In this document: positions 27,854 through 51,817 of the stretch, in pieces | Numbering within the stretch: position 1 is the stretch's first letter | How the letters are laid out: the number at the start of each line of letters is the position of its first letter | Source: the human T2T-CHM13v2.0 reference genome, Homo sapiens | Strand: one strand, 5' to 3' | Assembly (NCBI RefSeq): GCF_009914755.1 | Contig: NC_060935.1 | DNA length: 64,000 nucleotides | Translations under genes and position numbers: made by a program | Notes under the pieces: model-generated | Databases searched by the model: none | The model's input: only the letters and a program-made list of their open reading frames with translations | What the model was told of the DNA's origin: nothing

Positions 27854-28445
27854 GGCCAGGTATGATGGCTCATACCTGTAATCTCAGCATTTTGGGAGGC
27901 TGAGATTACATGAGGCCAGGAGTTTGAGACTTGCCTGGGCAACATAGTGAGACCTCATCTCTACATAAAATTAAAAAAATCAGCCAGGTGTGATGGCATG
28001 TGCCTGTGGTCCCAACTACTCTGGAGGTTGAGGCAGGAGGATCTCTTGAACCCAGAAGATCTGCAGTGAGCTGTGTTTGTGTCACTGAACTGCAGCCTGG
28101 ATGACAGAGCAAGACCTTGTCTCCAAAAAACAAAACATAGGGCTGGGCGCAGTGACTCACACCTGTAATCCCAGCACTTTGGGAGGCTGAGGCAGGCAGA
28201 TCACCTGAGGTCAGGAGTTGGAGACCAGTCTGGCCAACATGGTAAAACCCCGTCTCTACTAAAAATACAAAAAAATTAGCCAGGAATGGTGGTGCACACC
28301 TGTAATCCTAGCTACGTGGGAGGCTGAGGCAGAATTCTTGAACCTAGGAGTTGGAGGTTGCAGTGAGCTGAGACTGTGCCACTGCACTTCAGCCTGAGTG
28401 ACAGAGTGAGACTCCTTCTCAAAAAAGAAAAGAAAAGAAAAGAAA
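27854..28445 (+). mobile_element. Two tandem Alus (AluJ 27854-28140, AluS 28141-28445)
   Basis: Two Alu dimers. Confidence 0.93.
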
Positions 28446-28957
28446 AGATATACGTATACATGTGTGTACGTGTGTGTGTATATATAATACAAATATAATA
28501 CAAGTCAAATTCAGGGAACTGCTGTCATAAAATGACAACATGCTAGGGGAACACAGACATCTCTCTTTTTGCAATAATGCCATTTGAAGAATGGCATGTA
28601 ATTACAATTACTTTTTAATGCATAAGGGGCCTCCTATGTGAAGGAAACTACTAGTAATTCCTTTTATAACAGAAGTATTTTCTACATTTTCAACATCTTT
28701 AAATTTGAAATTGAAATGATGGATATTTTTTAAAAAGTGGAAAACTCCTTGACCGTACATACATCTCTGCATTTCAGGAATGGTTAGTGTTGAGCTCATT
28801 TAATCTGGTCTAGAGTATGATCCCTTGATCATTGTGAACAGATCTTTCTCTTTGCCTTTCATCAGTTTGAGGAGCATGGATTTCACAGTATGTATTCTTG
28901 AATTTCCCATAAGTCATCTGTATAAAATACCAGTTCTCAGTAGGAACTAGACTTTGA

Positions 28958-29320
<363 letters not shown>

Positions 29321-29439
29321 GACAAGCGATTTTTCTAACATTCTAAAATCTGGAGTCTGGGGGAGGGGATTCTGAGCATTTGCTGAGCTCAAGTGGACTA
29401 CAACCCATTGCAGATTTACTGGGATCCTTTGCTAAACAC

Positions 29440-29895
29440 TGAGGACCCCAAGGGCCTGCCTCAAGGTCTTACCTGTCCTCAGAGGATCCCTGGGCTGGCA
29501 TGCTGACCACTGCTAGATCACATATCTCACTGATTCAGGGCACTATGTTAAGATGCCTCTTAAACCAGACCGGAATCCTTTCAGATTAACCCTTGGGTTA
29601 TACTCCATCTTGCTTCTTTCCTCTTTGTACAAGATAACATCTGGGCTTTACTTATGACATCTCTGTAGCCTGGAACTTACCTTTAAAGTTGTACTGGTAT
29701 TCAGACTTGAAATTATCATCAAATAATGACATTCATAACTAACCTGCCTAACAAGTCATTGCTCGTCCCCTGAGATGACTGAGGTCGCTTGGAAAGCAAA
29801 AATCAACACGATTAAATGTAGTCTAAAAGTTAACATTGCATCAGGATTATTCTATGGGTACATCTTCCCTAGGGATGGTCTTTTAATGACTTCTT
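29440..29895. promoter_or_regulatory. Candidate olfactory-receptor promoter (O/E plus homeodomain cluster)
   Basis: TCCCTAGGGA 29866-29875, TCCCCTGAGA 29766-29775, CCCCAAGGGC 29446-29455, TAATGA 29884-29889; minus-strand donors at 29472 and 29680. Confidence 0.55.
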
Positions 29896-30585
29896 CATGA
29901 GTTCAATGATGAGGTCAGTTGGGGGAAAGAAAAATTACTGTTTTCACTTCACTTATCTAGAAATCATTAAAAAGATTTCCACATGCACATTATTCTTTTT
30001 TGCCCTATTCCACAATATTTTCTACTGTCTTTGTTTCTGGGAAACAATTTCCTTCAAATTTTTCTTTTCTTTTTTAATTGACAAATAATAATTGTACCCA
30101 TTCATAAGGTACATAGTGATGCTTCAATACATATAATATATAGTGATCAGATCAGAATTATTAGCATATTGTCCTCCTAATTTTAATCCTGTCTGACTGT
30201 CCTTAATTGCTTTGCCAACTTCTATTTCCCTAACTTCCACACAAGCTGAGTTTTGGTTCTAGGTCCTGTTTTCTATTGACATATTTTTGTAGTGTTAGTA
30301 TTTAGTTGTTTGACTTTAAGTATGCTGATAACTCTCAAATGGTGTATCTCAAGCCAGGGTAACCTTGCCCCTGAACTCCAAACTTATTCAGGCACTTATC
30401 TACCTGATATCTCTATTGGGTCACGAATTAAGTGTCTCACATTTAACACATTTAAAATAGGACTTTTAATCCATTAGTCACTTGGGTATTATGTATTGAA
30501 TCATTCAGATCCCGACAGTAGTCTCTCAATAAATATTTATTAAAAATTAGTGAATACTAATGCTTCAAGTAAAACATCTGGGGAG

Positions 30586-30931
<346 letters not shown>

Positions 30932-31267
30932 TCATCTAGAGCTGCTTCTTCATCATCTTCTTCTTCAAAGTCACTCATGAAATCACAGAATTAGGAGGAA
31001 TTTTAGAGGTCATTTAGTGGTTGCCACTTTGGAATCCCAAATCTCAAAGGGCCTTCAAGATTATTAAGGGTTTTTCAAGGTAATTTCAATATTTCAAAAG
31101 CCCTAACATTAGTCATACATTTTCCTGAGATAAGGGTATACTACACATGCATTATTTATTATTATTACTTACTTATTTTGTTTGTTTAAAATAAATGATT
31201 AGGCAGGCTAATTTTCAAGACATGGAGTTTGAGGCAATAGAGAAACATAAGTAAAAGAGCAGTTCTA

Positions 31268-32605
<1,338 letters not shown>

Positions 32606-33096
32606 AAAAAATAGCTTTCTTTTTTTTTTTTTTTTTAAAGAGCAGGTCTGTATTCAGACAGACATGGATTCCACCTTGGCTGAGCCACTCACAGGATGTG
32701 TGTGTTTGAGTAAGAAAATAAACCCTTTAAAGCCTCGGTTTCCTGACCTGTAAAATGGGGGTAATAATACTGTTCTTCCTACATAGAGTAGTTGTGGGCA
32801 TTGAATGAAATATGAATGTGCAGCGTGTATCATATTAGCTAACCGTTTATTAGTTCTATCACTACTACAGTGCGGATCATAGGAAAAACACTGCACAAGT
32901 CCTATGTTGCAGAGGATGTCGAGAGCTACTGATGCAATTCAACCTCACTTTCAACATAGCTATCCATGCCCCGTATTTTTTGACAGATAGATATAAACTA
33001 CATTGGATCATTTACTATGAGGAATTAAATTGGGGGAAAGGAAAGATTCTAAGTGGTAGTTGTAAATATGATTATGTGCCCCATATCAAAAACTTT

Positions 33097-33447
<351 letters not shown>

Positions 33448-33863
33448 TTAGACAACTTTTGAAGAAAATCAACCTTTCATCTCCTCACCAGGGACCTTGC
33501 AACTACTCCTTTCCCCACTACTTCACCAGCACTGAGGATCATTATTAAAAAACAAACCAAAACAAAACACAATATTAAAACTTGGCTCGCTGAAACAAAC
33601 AAACAAAATGCAGATTGAGTGTTTTAATTTGCATTTTTTTGACCCCATCCTTCAATTTTAGCAGAATAGTGTTTTTTGGCATGGCGTGGCCTCTCTGAGT
33701 ATCCCCTGAAAATATCAATGCAAACATCACTCTGTAGGCTGCTACCCTTGGCCATTTGAACCAACTTGGAAAGGTCAACCATAACATAGAGAAATGCTTG
33801 TATGCACATGAAAGGTCTACCTTGCAGCAAATTAAAACTCAGTAACATTTAAAAAAAATTGAC

Positions 33864-34120
33864 AGTGGCTCATGCCTGTAATCCCAGCACTTTAGGAGGC
33901 TGAGGCAGGCGTATCACTTGAGGTCAGGAGTTTGAGATCAGCCTGGCCAACATGGCGAAACTCCATCTCCACCAAAAAATACAATTAGCTGGGCATGGTG
34001 GCACGTGCTAGTGTAGTCCCAGCTACTCGGGAGGCTGAGGTGGGACAATCACTTGAACCTGGGAGGCGGAGGTTGCAGTGACAGAGTGAGACCCTTGTCT
34101 CAAAAAAAAAAAAAAAAAAA
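33864..34120 (+). mobile_element. Alu (internally deleted)
   Basis: Alu dimer. Confidence 0.92.
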
Positions 34121-34357
34121 TCAACAAATGTGTGATGGGTGAGATGGGGCAGTGAAGCATGTTTACTGAGCTATTTCCTGAAATTATACTCCCAGGAAGT
34201 TGTGCTACTTTCATTTGTAAAAATGTTTTGTGAATCAGCCTGTAATATTCGAATATGATACTGTAAGAATAAGAAGTTCCTTTAGTTTTTAAACTTATGG
34301 TTAGAGTGGAGTAATACAAATTAAAAAGTGTTTAAGAGAGATTAATCTAAGAGTATG

Positions 34358-34881
<524 letters not shown>

Positions 34882-34999
34882 CTATTTAATTTCACTGGGC
34901 TTCTGGTTTCCACATTTGTAAAATGGATAGAGGAAACATCTGTGCTTTCTGTCCTCTGGGCTTGATATGAGAATCATCTGCTGTTTGTAGAAATCTATA

Positions 35000-35364
<365 letters not shown>

Positions 35365-35804
35365 TAAGCTGGGTGGTGGAATAATCATAGTAATGAAGAG
35401 GCATGAGAATGATCAGGAGGGTTTGTTATGAAAAAAAAGGAATGAAGACCAAGGAAAGAATAAAAACAGGAAGACACTTACTGAGAACCTACTCCACATC
35501 TGGCATTGGGCTTAGCACTTTGACACATAAGATCTCATTTAATTTTCCCCAGGACTCTGAGATGGGTGTTACACTCTTCCCATGTTTAAACAGAGAATGC
35601 TGACGTTCATAACTTCTCCAAAGTCACACTGCCAGTAGATTAAGCAGTAGGAGTGGCAGCTAACATTGACTAAACTCCAAAGGAAGCAATGAGGATACAT
35701 ACGCGGTGATTGCATAGTGTGTTTTTAACATAGCTGAACCTCCTCAGGCTCAATGACACAGAAGAGTAACTTTGCTTATGATTTCTTTCCTTGTACCAGG
35801 TCTA

Positions 35805-36742
35805 ATGGAAGAGGAAAACCAGAGGGGAGTGGTACACTTCCACTTCCACTTCTTTTCAACAGACCTGGTGGTGGCTTCCTTTATAATTGTGGCCTTGATG
35901 TTGCACCAAGAAGCCTTGTTGGACACTTCACCTTTGGGCCCACAGTCTGGCAAGATCCCTTCCTCCATATTCCAATGTATTTATTTTTATTTTTTTGGCA
36001 TTGACTATGTTGGAAATTGGCTACTCCACCAACATTTCTCCTCCAACACTGGCTACCGTCCTTTACATGGGGAAGATGCTTATCTCCCTCCCTGGCTATG
36101 GAACTCAGATGCTCTTTGTCATCCTTTTGAGAGGATCTGAGTGTGTCTTGCTTGCTGTCATGGCTTATGATAGGTATATAACCATCTGTCATCCATTCAA
36201 TTACAATCTCATCATGAGTGGGTAGCTCTGTGGGCAGATGACTTTGGGCTCTTTGAGGCTGGGATTCCTGTTGTCACTGTTTTTGACTATGTTGATCTGA
36301 CACCCTCCATTCTGTGGCCTAATGAAACCTACCACTTCTTCTGTGACATGCCCACAGCAAGTGCCTGGTCTGTGCAGACACCACATGCATGAGTCAGCTC
36401 TCTGACTTCCGTGTGGCCACCATCACCATCCCCTTCCTTCCTCCTTGTCTGCCTCCCCTATGGCTGCCTTGCAGCCACCATCTTGAGGATGCATTCAGCT
36501 AAGAGAAAGCACTAGGCCTTCTCTACCAGTTCCTCCCACCTCATTGTGGTTCTCCTGAAGTATTGGTGTTGCATCCTCATCTGCCTTTGCCCCAGCTCTA
36601 GTTACTCCCCAGAGGAGGGCTGGGAGGTATCTCTTGTTCACATGTTTTTCTCCCGGTGTGGAATCCCTTGATCTATAGCGTATGGAACCAAGACGTAACT
36701 GATGCAGTAGAGAGACTTGTGGCAAGAATGTCCTTGTTCTAA
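35805..36742 (+). pseudogene. OR10Y1P: Olfactory receptor pseudogene, full length with multiple frameshifts and stops (probably OR10Y1P)
   Basis: Acceptor ttccttgtacCAG|gtctaATG; MEEENQRGVVHF.., [45 protein letters not shown]; symbol inferred from recalled gene order. Confidence 0.85.
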
Positions 36743-37586
36743 CAGCCAGAAATATTCCTTCTTAAAAAATATTTCCCTAACTAGGAGGACATGATCTAAG
36801 GGACAGGAAGCTCAAAGACAAAAAGGAAGAAGTGGAGCATGGGGAGCCAGTCATAATCCCAAAAGACACAATCCAAGTCTTAAAATCTTGAAAGATCAAA
36901 ATCCCAAAAATATAATTCTGAAAAAAGAATTTAAAAATTATTTAAAAGATATTTATTTACATTTGTAAAAGGGGATTTATTTGAGAAACATAAAAGCACT
37001 GCAGAGTATGTTATAGGGCACTTTACACATTAAAATAGGCAATAATAAGATACATATTTTTGCAAGCATAAGCACTCAGGTACACTAATGACAGTCACAT
37101 GAGTATGACAGTTATGAGCAGATGCTGAACCGTATTTACAAAGAAATAGCTCATATAACTGCAGTCATCTGAAATACTGTAGGGACAACCTAAGTCTTTT
37201 GACGAGATTGATGAAAAACTGCAGTGGGTCACCGCTGCTCAGGCAGTCACTCAAAGAGCTGATATCTTGAGAAATGTTATCTTTCACAAAAGTAGATGCA
37301 CAAAAAGGACATTTCTTCATTTACTGAGGAAGTTTTAACACTTTCATGTTACGCACAATGCTTACACACAAAGTCGATGTTGCAATAATGCACTTTTGTG
37401 GGGTCAAATTTGCAAAAAATGCATACAATGTATTAGAACTCTCTAAATGTCTTTACAAAATTTATACCTCCAGTATTGGAAATGATGCAAAGATAAACTA
37501 CATAGCATAGTGAATTGTTAAAAATAATGCTGGCAATTTAAAATTGTGAGAAAAAACTAAAAATACTAAAAACAAAATACAAAACT

Positions 37587-38039
<453 letters not shown>

Positions 38040-38649
38040 TTAGGACATGGCTCTTCCTGGAGAATATGCTCGTATTCATTTTCTATGTGGTGCTGCTGTT
38101 TCAGAAATTCTTCTGTGATTCTATACACATGGACATGAGCATTCCCTATTAAATTTTTTCATCTTCTGTGCCATCCATCTATATTGTTTTGGGCATGTGG
38201 AAATCCATACATTTATATGCAGACCATAAATTTGGCAGAAACAATACTGGTGATCAAACAGCAACACCATTGTGTGTCTTCTTATCTTAGCTTGCACATA
38301 ATTATTTTTGAACCAATCAGTAACTTCACTGGCTTCTTCAGGCAAATGCAACTTTAATTTGTTAAAAGTTTCTGGCATGTCATCAGCTGAAAGGAATGCC
38401 AATGCAGGCAAATTATCCATTCTCACACTGAAGTTGTTGTCCTTGTCATATCATGTGGCCAATTCACTCATCTGAATTTTTCACCAAATGCATTGGGATG
38501 AATTTTTTAAAAAAGCTTTTTATTGGTAATACTTTGAAATTCATTTTTAGGAGTCTTGATTGCACCTAATTCCAAATCTGTCATAACTAGGGAGACTGAT
38601 GGTGTAACTCTGAGTCCGAGGCTGACAGGAACCTGGGAGCTGCTAGTGA

Positions 38650-39081
<432 letters not shown>

Positions 39082-39598
39082 TAGGTCCCCAGCCCATTGG
39101 ATGGTACCAGCTGACACTGAGGGCAGATCTCCCCCACCTAATCCACTCAGACTCACACATTAATCTGCTCTGGAAACACCCTCACAGACACACCTAAAAT
39201 AATGCTTTAACACGTTTCTAGGTATCCCTTAATCCAGACAAGTTGACACCAAAAATTGAGTCCACAAGTCCACCCTTGTCAATTTGGCACCAATATTCAT
39301 CTCTTTAAACCATAGTTATTTCCAGATAGGGACAATAATAAGGTTATTACCTTATTACCTTATTCTGCCTAATGTGAGGCAACTGTCACATGATTGTGAT
39401 TTTGAGGAATTTAAATATAAGGGATTTTTAGTTTAGAAATATTGATCTTTCAGGATTTCAACTTTTAGGATTATGTATGGTGTTCGAGATTGTGATCCAA
39501 ACCCCTTAATGGCTGTCTTGGCCTATGAAATGCTGATCAGCAGTAATTTCTCCACCTTTCATTAGATTCCAATGATGAATCCCTGGATTGGGTCCTAC

Positions 39599-41193
<1,595 letters not shown>

Positions 41194-41278
41194 CTACCAC
41201 CTCCACAAACTCCTCTTCCACCATAGGGCTTAGAATAAGGACTGGCACAGGAAGGTCAATGAATAAAAGAATGAATGT

Positions 41279-41655
<377 letters not shown>

Positions 41656-42431
41656 CTACAGCCCTGAAGGCATGCAGACCCAATGGATTTACATATCCGT
41701 ATGTCTTTTTGACCCTTTGTCTTTTAAGGCCTGCTCAAGTTCCACTGCCTCAAGAAAATCTGCCTGGCAACTCTATCTGGTGGTGATCTTTCTCTTTTCA
41801 TTAAATCATACTTCTTTCTATAAACTGAGTTTCATATATTTTGGTATTGCCTCTATAATATGCCTATAAGGCCCCTTGGGTCAGAAGAAATGGCTTACTT
41901 TTTCTGTGTATTTTCTGGCACAGTGCTGGGCACATAGTAAGTGCTTAGCCTTAGGGTCCAGGGCACAGACTTGAGCTCTAATCTTTCCTTTATGTAAAAA
42001 GGGGATAATAATAATAATAATGGCAGCTTTCCTACCTCAAAGGACTGGAATGATAGTCAAATGAGATAATGGGTATGCAAAAATATAATAGGAAAGTACA
42101 CAATAAGCCGTGTGTGTGTATATGTGTGTGTGTATCTTTAAGGTTCTTAGTCACTTGCAACTGAATAGCTCTCGCTAAGTTGTGTAAGTCTCACCTTCCT
42201 GAAGGTCATATCAGCTCTTCCCAAAGTGAGTAGTAGAGTCAGCTACTTCTTATGGCAGTATATTGGATCCTGCAATCCTTCCAGGGGAATGCCAAAACCG
42301 CAATAGGCAATGAGCAGGGTTGTTACAGAGATTGGTGGAGAGGCTCAAATGGAAGATTAGGAGTAGGGAAAGATATTTTCAAGATACCTTCCTTAATAAG
42401 ATAAAAGAAAATAGTCTCCATTCTCTTCTGC

Positions 42432-42774
<343 letters not shown>

Positions 42775-42921
42775 TGATAGAAGCCACTCTATCCCATATC
42801 TAATCGTGCAATATACAAAAAAGGGAAAAAATGAAGAAAACCAATATGGAAACCCAGTGGCAAGAATTCTTGGGGTCCTTGGCTGGGCAACAACATTAAG
42901 AAGTGAAGGGTCATACAAGCA

Positions 42922-43095
42922 TTTTATTTATTTTATTTTATTTTTTAGAGTCAGGGTCTCACTCTCTCATCCAGGCTGGAGGGCAGTGGCATAATCATGG
43001 CTCACTGCAGCCTTGAGCTCCTGGCCTAAAGTGATTCTCCCACCTCAGCTTCCTGAGTTTTTGGGATTACAAGGATCAACCATAGTGCTGAGCAC
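42922..43095 (-). mobile_element. Alu monomer (FRAM/FAM-like)
   Basis: Single antisense arm. Confidence 0.75.
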
Positions 43096-44159
43096 AAGTA
43101 TTTTTAATAGTGCTAATGTGGAGAAGATTTGATAAATATTTTATCTATAACAATGGCATTTGTTGAACTTAATAAATTACTTCTCTATTTTTCATCTATT
43201 CTATTCCCAATCTCCTTCCACAAAAGATTTGAAGCAGCTTAAAGATACATCTAATCCAAAAGTTAAAAACACATGGTCAAGAAGATTGGGGTAAAGAAAA
43301 AAATCCATCAGGATAGTAAAAAATACAGTAGTAAGATTGCTATGCAGAAAGGCAAAGCATGTGCTCCTCTGCGGTTTAGACAGTGGCCAGCTATAGGCAT
43401 CTGAGCTTCCCAGTAGCCAAGAGAAAGAATAAAACACAATTAAATTTGAGAATTTTAAAGTTCATATAATAACATACAAATATATGAAGAAATCTAACTT
43501 TTTTGGCATAACCTTAGATGTAAAAGGGTCTTTTCCTACAGTTTTCAAAGGAGAATATACCATATATTAAAACACATCAGCAATGATAATAACACTAGCT
43601 GTCTTTTATTGGGCATTTAAGTATGTATCATTGTTTTAGGTGCTTAGTACATGTTAATTCATTTGAGTCCACAAAATCTTATGAGGTAAGTACAATTATC
43701 ATTCCCATTTTACACATAAAGAACTGAGGCTCAGAGAGAGTAAGCAAATTTCCCAAGATTACACAGGTAGTAAGTGCTGGCTCAGCCTCACTCCAGAGCC
43801 TGCGACCTTAACCACTAATTCTCAATGTAGGCTAATGGTGTGTCATTGACATACAAGGCACTTCAAGCAGTTCTGTAACGGGCCATCACAACCAGTAAAA
43901 GGATACAGCTATTTGATTGTCTAACTTGATTTTAGGGAATAAACCTAAATTATCAGAGCCTGATTAGCCAGCGTTTCAAGAAATGCCCCACAAACGCTGT
44001 TTTACTCAACCAGGATCTTGATAGGAATTGGAAACGAGAAAATTTCTGATTATAGTTTCTACCCAAGAGCTGGAACACCTATATTCTGCAATAATAATGA
44101 GTAAGAAGTTTTACATTTAGTGTACAAGATTTGGACATGATTGGTTTTCATTTCTTTAA

Positions 44160-48459
<4,300 letters not shown>

Positions 48460-48669
48460 GGCCGGGTGTGGTGGCTCACACCTGTAATCCCAGCACTTTG
48501 GGAGGCTGAGGTGGGCAGATCACCTGAGGTCAGGTGTTTGAGACCATCCTGGCCAACATGGTGAAACCCTGTCTCTACTAAAAATACAAAAATTAGTCGG
48601 GTATGGCAGTCCTCCCACCTTGGCCTCCCAAAGTGCTGGGATTACAGGCATGAGCCACCATGCCCAGCC
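48460..48669. mobile_element. Fused inverted Alu fragments
   Basis: Plus left arm 48460-48608 joined directly to a minus 5' end at 48609-48669. Confidence 0.9.
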
Positions 48670-48990
48670 AACTTTCTTTTTTTAAACTAAAGATGTCAGG
48701 CAGGCCATAGCTCAGCTTTAGGTGGCCCCCCTCTGACACTCACGGTCTCTTTTTGCTGATTACCCACAATAGTGGAGGAAGATCCACATATAAAGTCAAA
48801 AGTCTAGGTTAAAATCCCACATCAGCCACTGATGAACTGTGCAAGCTTGGAAAAATCATTTCACCTCTGTGAATTGTGGTTTTGCCATCTGCAGAGCTGA
48901 ATGTTAACCATAGCCCAAGATACTAAGTATTATAGGATTGAAATGAAATATAAATGAAACTTTGTAAATGTTAAATTATAACACAAATCA

Positions 48991-49338
48991 TATGGTCAGT
49001 GTCGATGTCCTAATTGTTCCTAACTCCTCATCACACTCTCCTACTTCTTCATTGTGGCTGCCATCCTGATATCCGCTCTGCAGAGGGGAGGCACAAGGCT
49101 TTTCCCACCTGCTCCTTCCACCTGGTTTAATTCTCCTCCAGCACAATGAACAAGCCTCACCTATTTGTGCCCCAGCTCCATCTTCTCTTATGAGAGGGGC
49201 AAGGTAGTGTCTACGGTTTACACATGCATCACTCCTGTGCCAAACCCCTTGATCTGCAGCATGAGGAAGAAGGAACTCAAGCATGCTCTTAAAAAAAAAG
49301 AAGAAATTGCAAGGTTCTTGCTGCTCAGAACACATTGA
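48991..49338 (+). pseudogene. OR10V3P: Olfactory receptor pseudogene fragment, TM5 to C-terminus only (probably OR10V3P)
   Basis: SAEGRHKAFPTCSFHL and VYTCITPVPNPLICSMRKKELK; paralogous to 56528-56863; symbol from recalled gene order. Confidence 0.8.
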
Positions 49339-50224
49339 CTCTTTCTGGATATTGTTGATCAAGAAGCTATTTCTACCTGGAAAAGAAAACTGAATGAACC
49401 ATACAGAAGTTAAGGGAAAAAAGACACCTAAGTGTCAGGAATTGTTGTAAATTCTATTGACTCTCCTTTTGTTGCTGTATCCCTTTTCTGGCTGTGAAGA
49501 CACAATGTCTTTTTTCATCTCTAAAATCAGCCTGCTTGTGAGGCCTGTTGAAAGTACCATCAAGTGAGACCGTGGACCTAATAGTCCTATATAAATTGCT
49601 AAGTCTGATCTCAGATGACTTGGGGTCTTGATTCTGTTGCTTCCTACAAACAAAATCCATTTCTCTTTTCTTTCTGAAATGCATTTACATTATTTAGGTG
49701 ACTATTAGCTAAGAAGGCAAGTGTGTCAAGTTCCAGTAGCCACAAGATATCAGAATTCTCAAATGCTGCTGAAAAGGAGTTACCGTAAGAGGTGTATCAT
49801 CTTCTCTTCTAGAACAGAATAAATCAGCATTTCTTAAAATGCTGGCTTACTTTCAGGTGCCTACTTTCCTCAAATGACTGGTAAAAAAAAATTCCATGGC
49901 TAAGAGGAGAAAAGTGCATACTAACACTGCTTTCCTCTTGAAGACTCACATGCACTTCATCTGGGGCATCCTAGAGTGAAACAATCTTTGTAGGGTTGGA
50001 GCTTCCCAAAACATTTGATCATGAGAACTCTTTCTTTAACCACCTATGAATTTAGCCGAATGAAGACAATCTTCTGGGAATACTTTTAGAGAAATGGTTA
50101 TGTAAATAACCAACAGCAAAGACTTAAGGAAATGGTACTAGGTGGAATGGTCCTTTAGTGCTGAATGAAGTAAGTCTACTGTAACAGAATCCAGGCTGTA
50201 GACATCAACTCATAAGCAAACTGT

Positions 50225-50500
50225 TTTTTTTTTTTTGAGACAGGATCTTGCCCTGTCACTCAGGCTGCAGTGCAGTGGCATGATCATGGCTTACTGCAGT
50301 CTTTAACTCCTGGGCTCAAGCGATCCTTCCATTTCAGCCCCCTGAGTAGCTGGGACTACAGGTGCATGTCACCAGACTTGACTAATTTTTTTTTTTTTTT
50401 TGTAGAGATGGGGTCTTACTATGTGACCCAGGCTGGTCTCTAACTCCTGGATGCAAGCAGTCCTCCTACCTCTCTTCCCAAAGTGTTGGGCACCTGGCCC
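50225..50500 (-). mobile_element. AluJ
   Basis: Antisense Alu. Confidence 0.92.
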
Positions 50501-50704
50501 ATGAGCAAACTGAAAATGCAAATTGTTAGGCTCATGTCCATCTTTGCATTACTGAACACAATTCCTTTAGATATATTTTAAGGTTTGATTGTTACCCAGG
50601 TAAGTTTCACCTAGAAACCAAAAAATTTCAAGAAGAAAACACTAAAAATACAATGATTTACTAATTTTTTGAAGTGAAATTCACTCCTCACTCTTAGCTT
50701 TTAG

Positions 50705-50860
50705 CAGTGGCTCATACCTGTAATTTGAAGCAATCCAGGAGTCTGAGGCAGGAAGATTGCTTGAGCCCAGGAGTTCGAGATCAGCCTGGGCAATATAGTA
50801 AGACCTTATCTCTAAAATAAGTAGATAAATAGATAAATAAATAGAAATAAAAATAAATAA
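50705..50860 (+). mobile_element. Alu monomer (FLAM-like)
   Basis: Single arm with A-rich tail. Confidence 0.8.
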
Positions 50861-51351
50861 AAAGATCTTTAGGGGCATAGAACATTTACTGGAGTGTAAA
50901 TGCTTACTATTCTTAGAGAGGGGAGATGTAGGTGTTTATTGAGGCCTCATTTACCAATAGCAAGCTTGGCTGGGCCCCCATTCAAGCCATAGAGACACAG
51001 CCCATACTTGCCAACTGTGTCCACTGGGGTTAGTGGTTGCATTTGGGAGACTCAGGTTGAAATGATGGGGTCAGCTAGAGGCTCTCAGTAAATCAATGGG
51101 GAATGTGGGAGAAAATGATCCATTGATCATAGTAATAGCCTCATAGTCGCCTGGGATCCCATCACTTTCTCTTCCAAACTCCCTGGAGTCTGATTCTAGA
51201 AGATGGGCCAGAAAATGGCTAAGGGCTGGTGCCACTTGCAAAGGAGTCAATAGACTTTTCTCCCTGAAGCTTTTTTAAAAAATGAGTTTTCATTTGTACA
51301 TTGAATTCAGCAAATAGGGAACCATTAAAGGCACATTAAATTCAGCAAATA

Positions 51352-51650
51352 GGCTGGGTGCGGTGGCTCAGGCCTGTAATCCCAGCACTTTGGGAGGCTG
51401 AGGCAGGCAGATCACCTGACGTCAGGAGTTCGAGACCAGCCTGCCAACATAGTGAAACTCCGTGTCTACTAAAAATACAAAAATTAGCCAGGTGATATGG
51501 CAGTTGCCTGTAATCCCAGCTACTCAGGAGTTTGAGGCAGGAGAATCCCTTGAACCCGGGAGGTGGAGGTTGCCGTGAGCCAAGATTGCGCCACTGAACT
51601 CCAGCCTGGGTAACAGAGTGAGACTCCATCTCAAAAAAAAAAAAAAAAAA
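51352..51650 (+). mobile_element. AluS
   Basis: Alu dimer; TSD aaattcagcaaatag. Confidence 0.95.
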
Positions 51651-51817
51651 TTCAGCAAATAGAGAACCATACTTAGAGGCATAGATAATGGAGAAAAAGA
51701 CAGGCAAAAGAAAAGGAAAGAGAAGGGATAATGAAATGTAGAACTTAAAGAAGAAAGAGAAGGTTAAAAATATTTTGTGTGGTTGGAATTAATAAAGTAC
51801 TGTCAAGTAGTGCCTTC

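Noticed and set aside
33600-33740. Octamer ATTTGCAT and ATGCAAAC as a promoter
   Set aside because: Isolated motifs in AT-rich DNA with no supporting snRNA gene or exon
48988-49362. 124-aa minus-strand ORF (and 56579-56938, 20989-21276)
   Set aside because: Antisense shadows of OR coding sequence with no independent support
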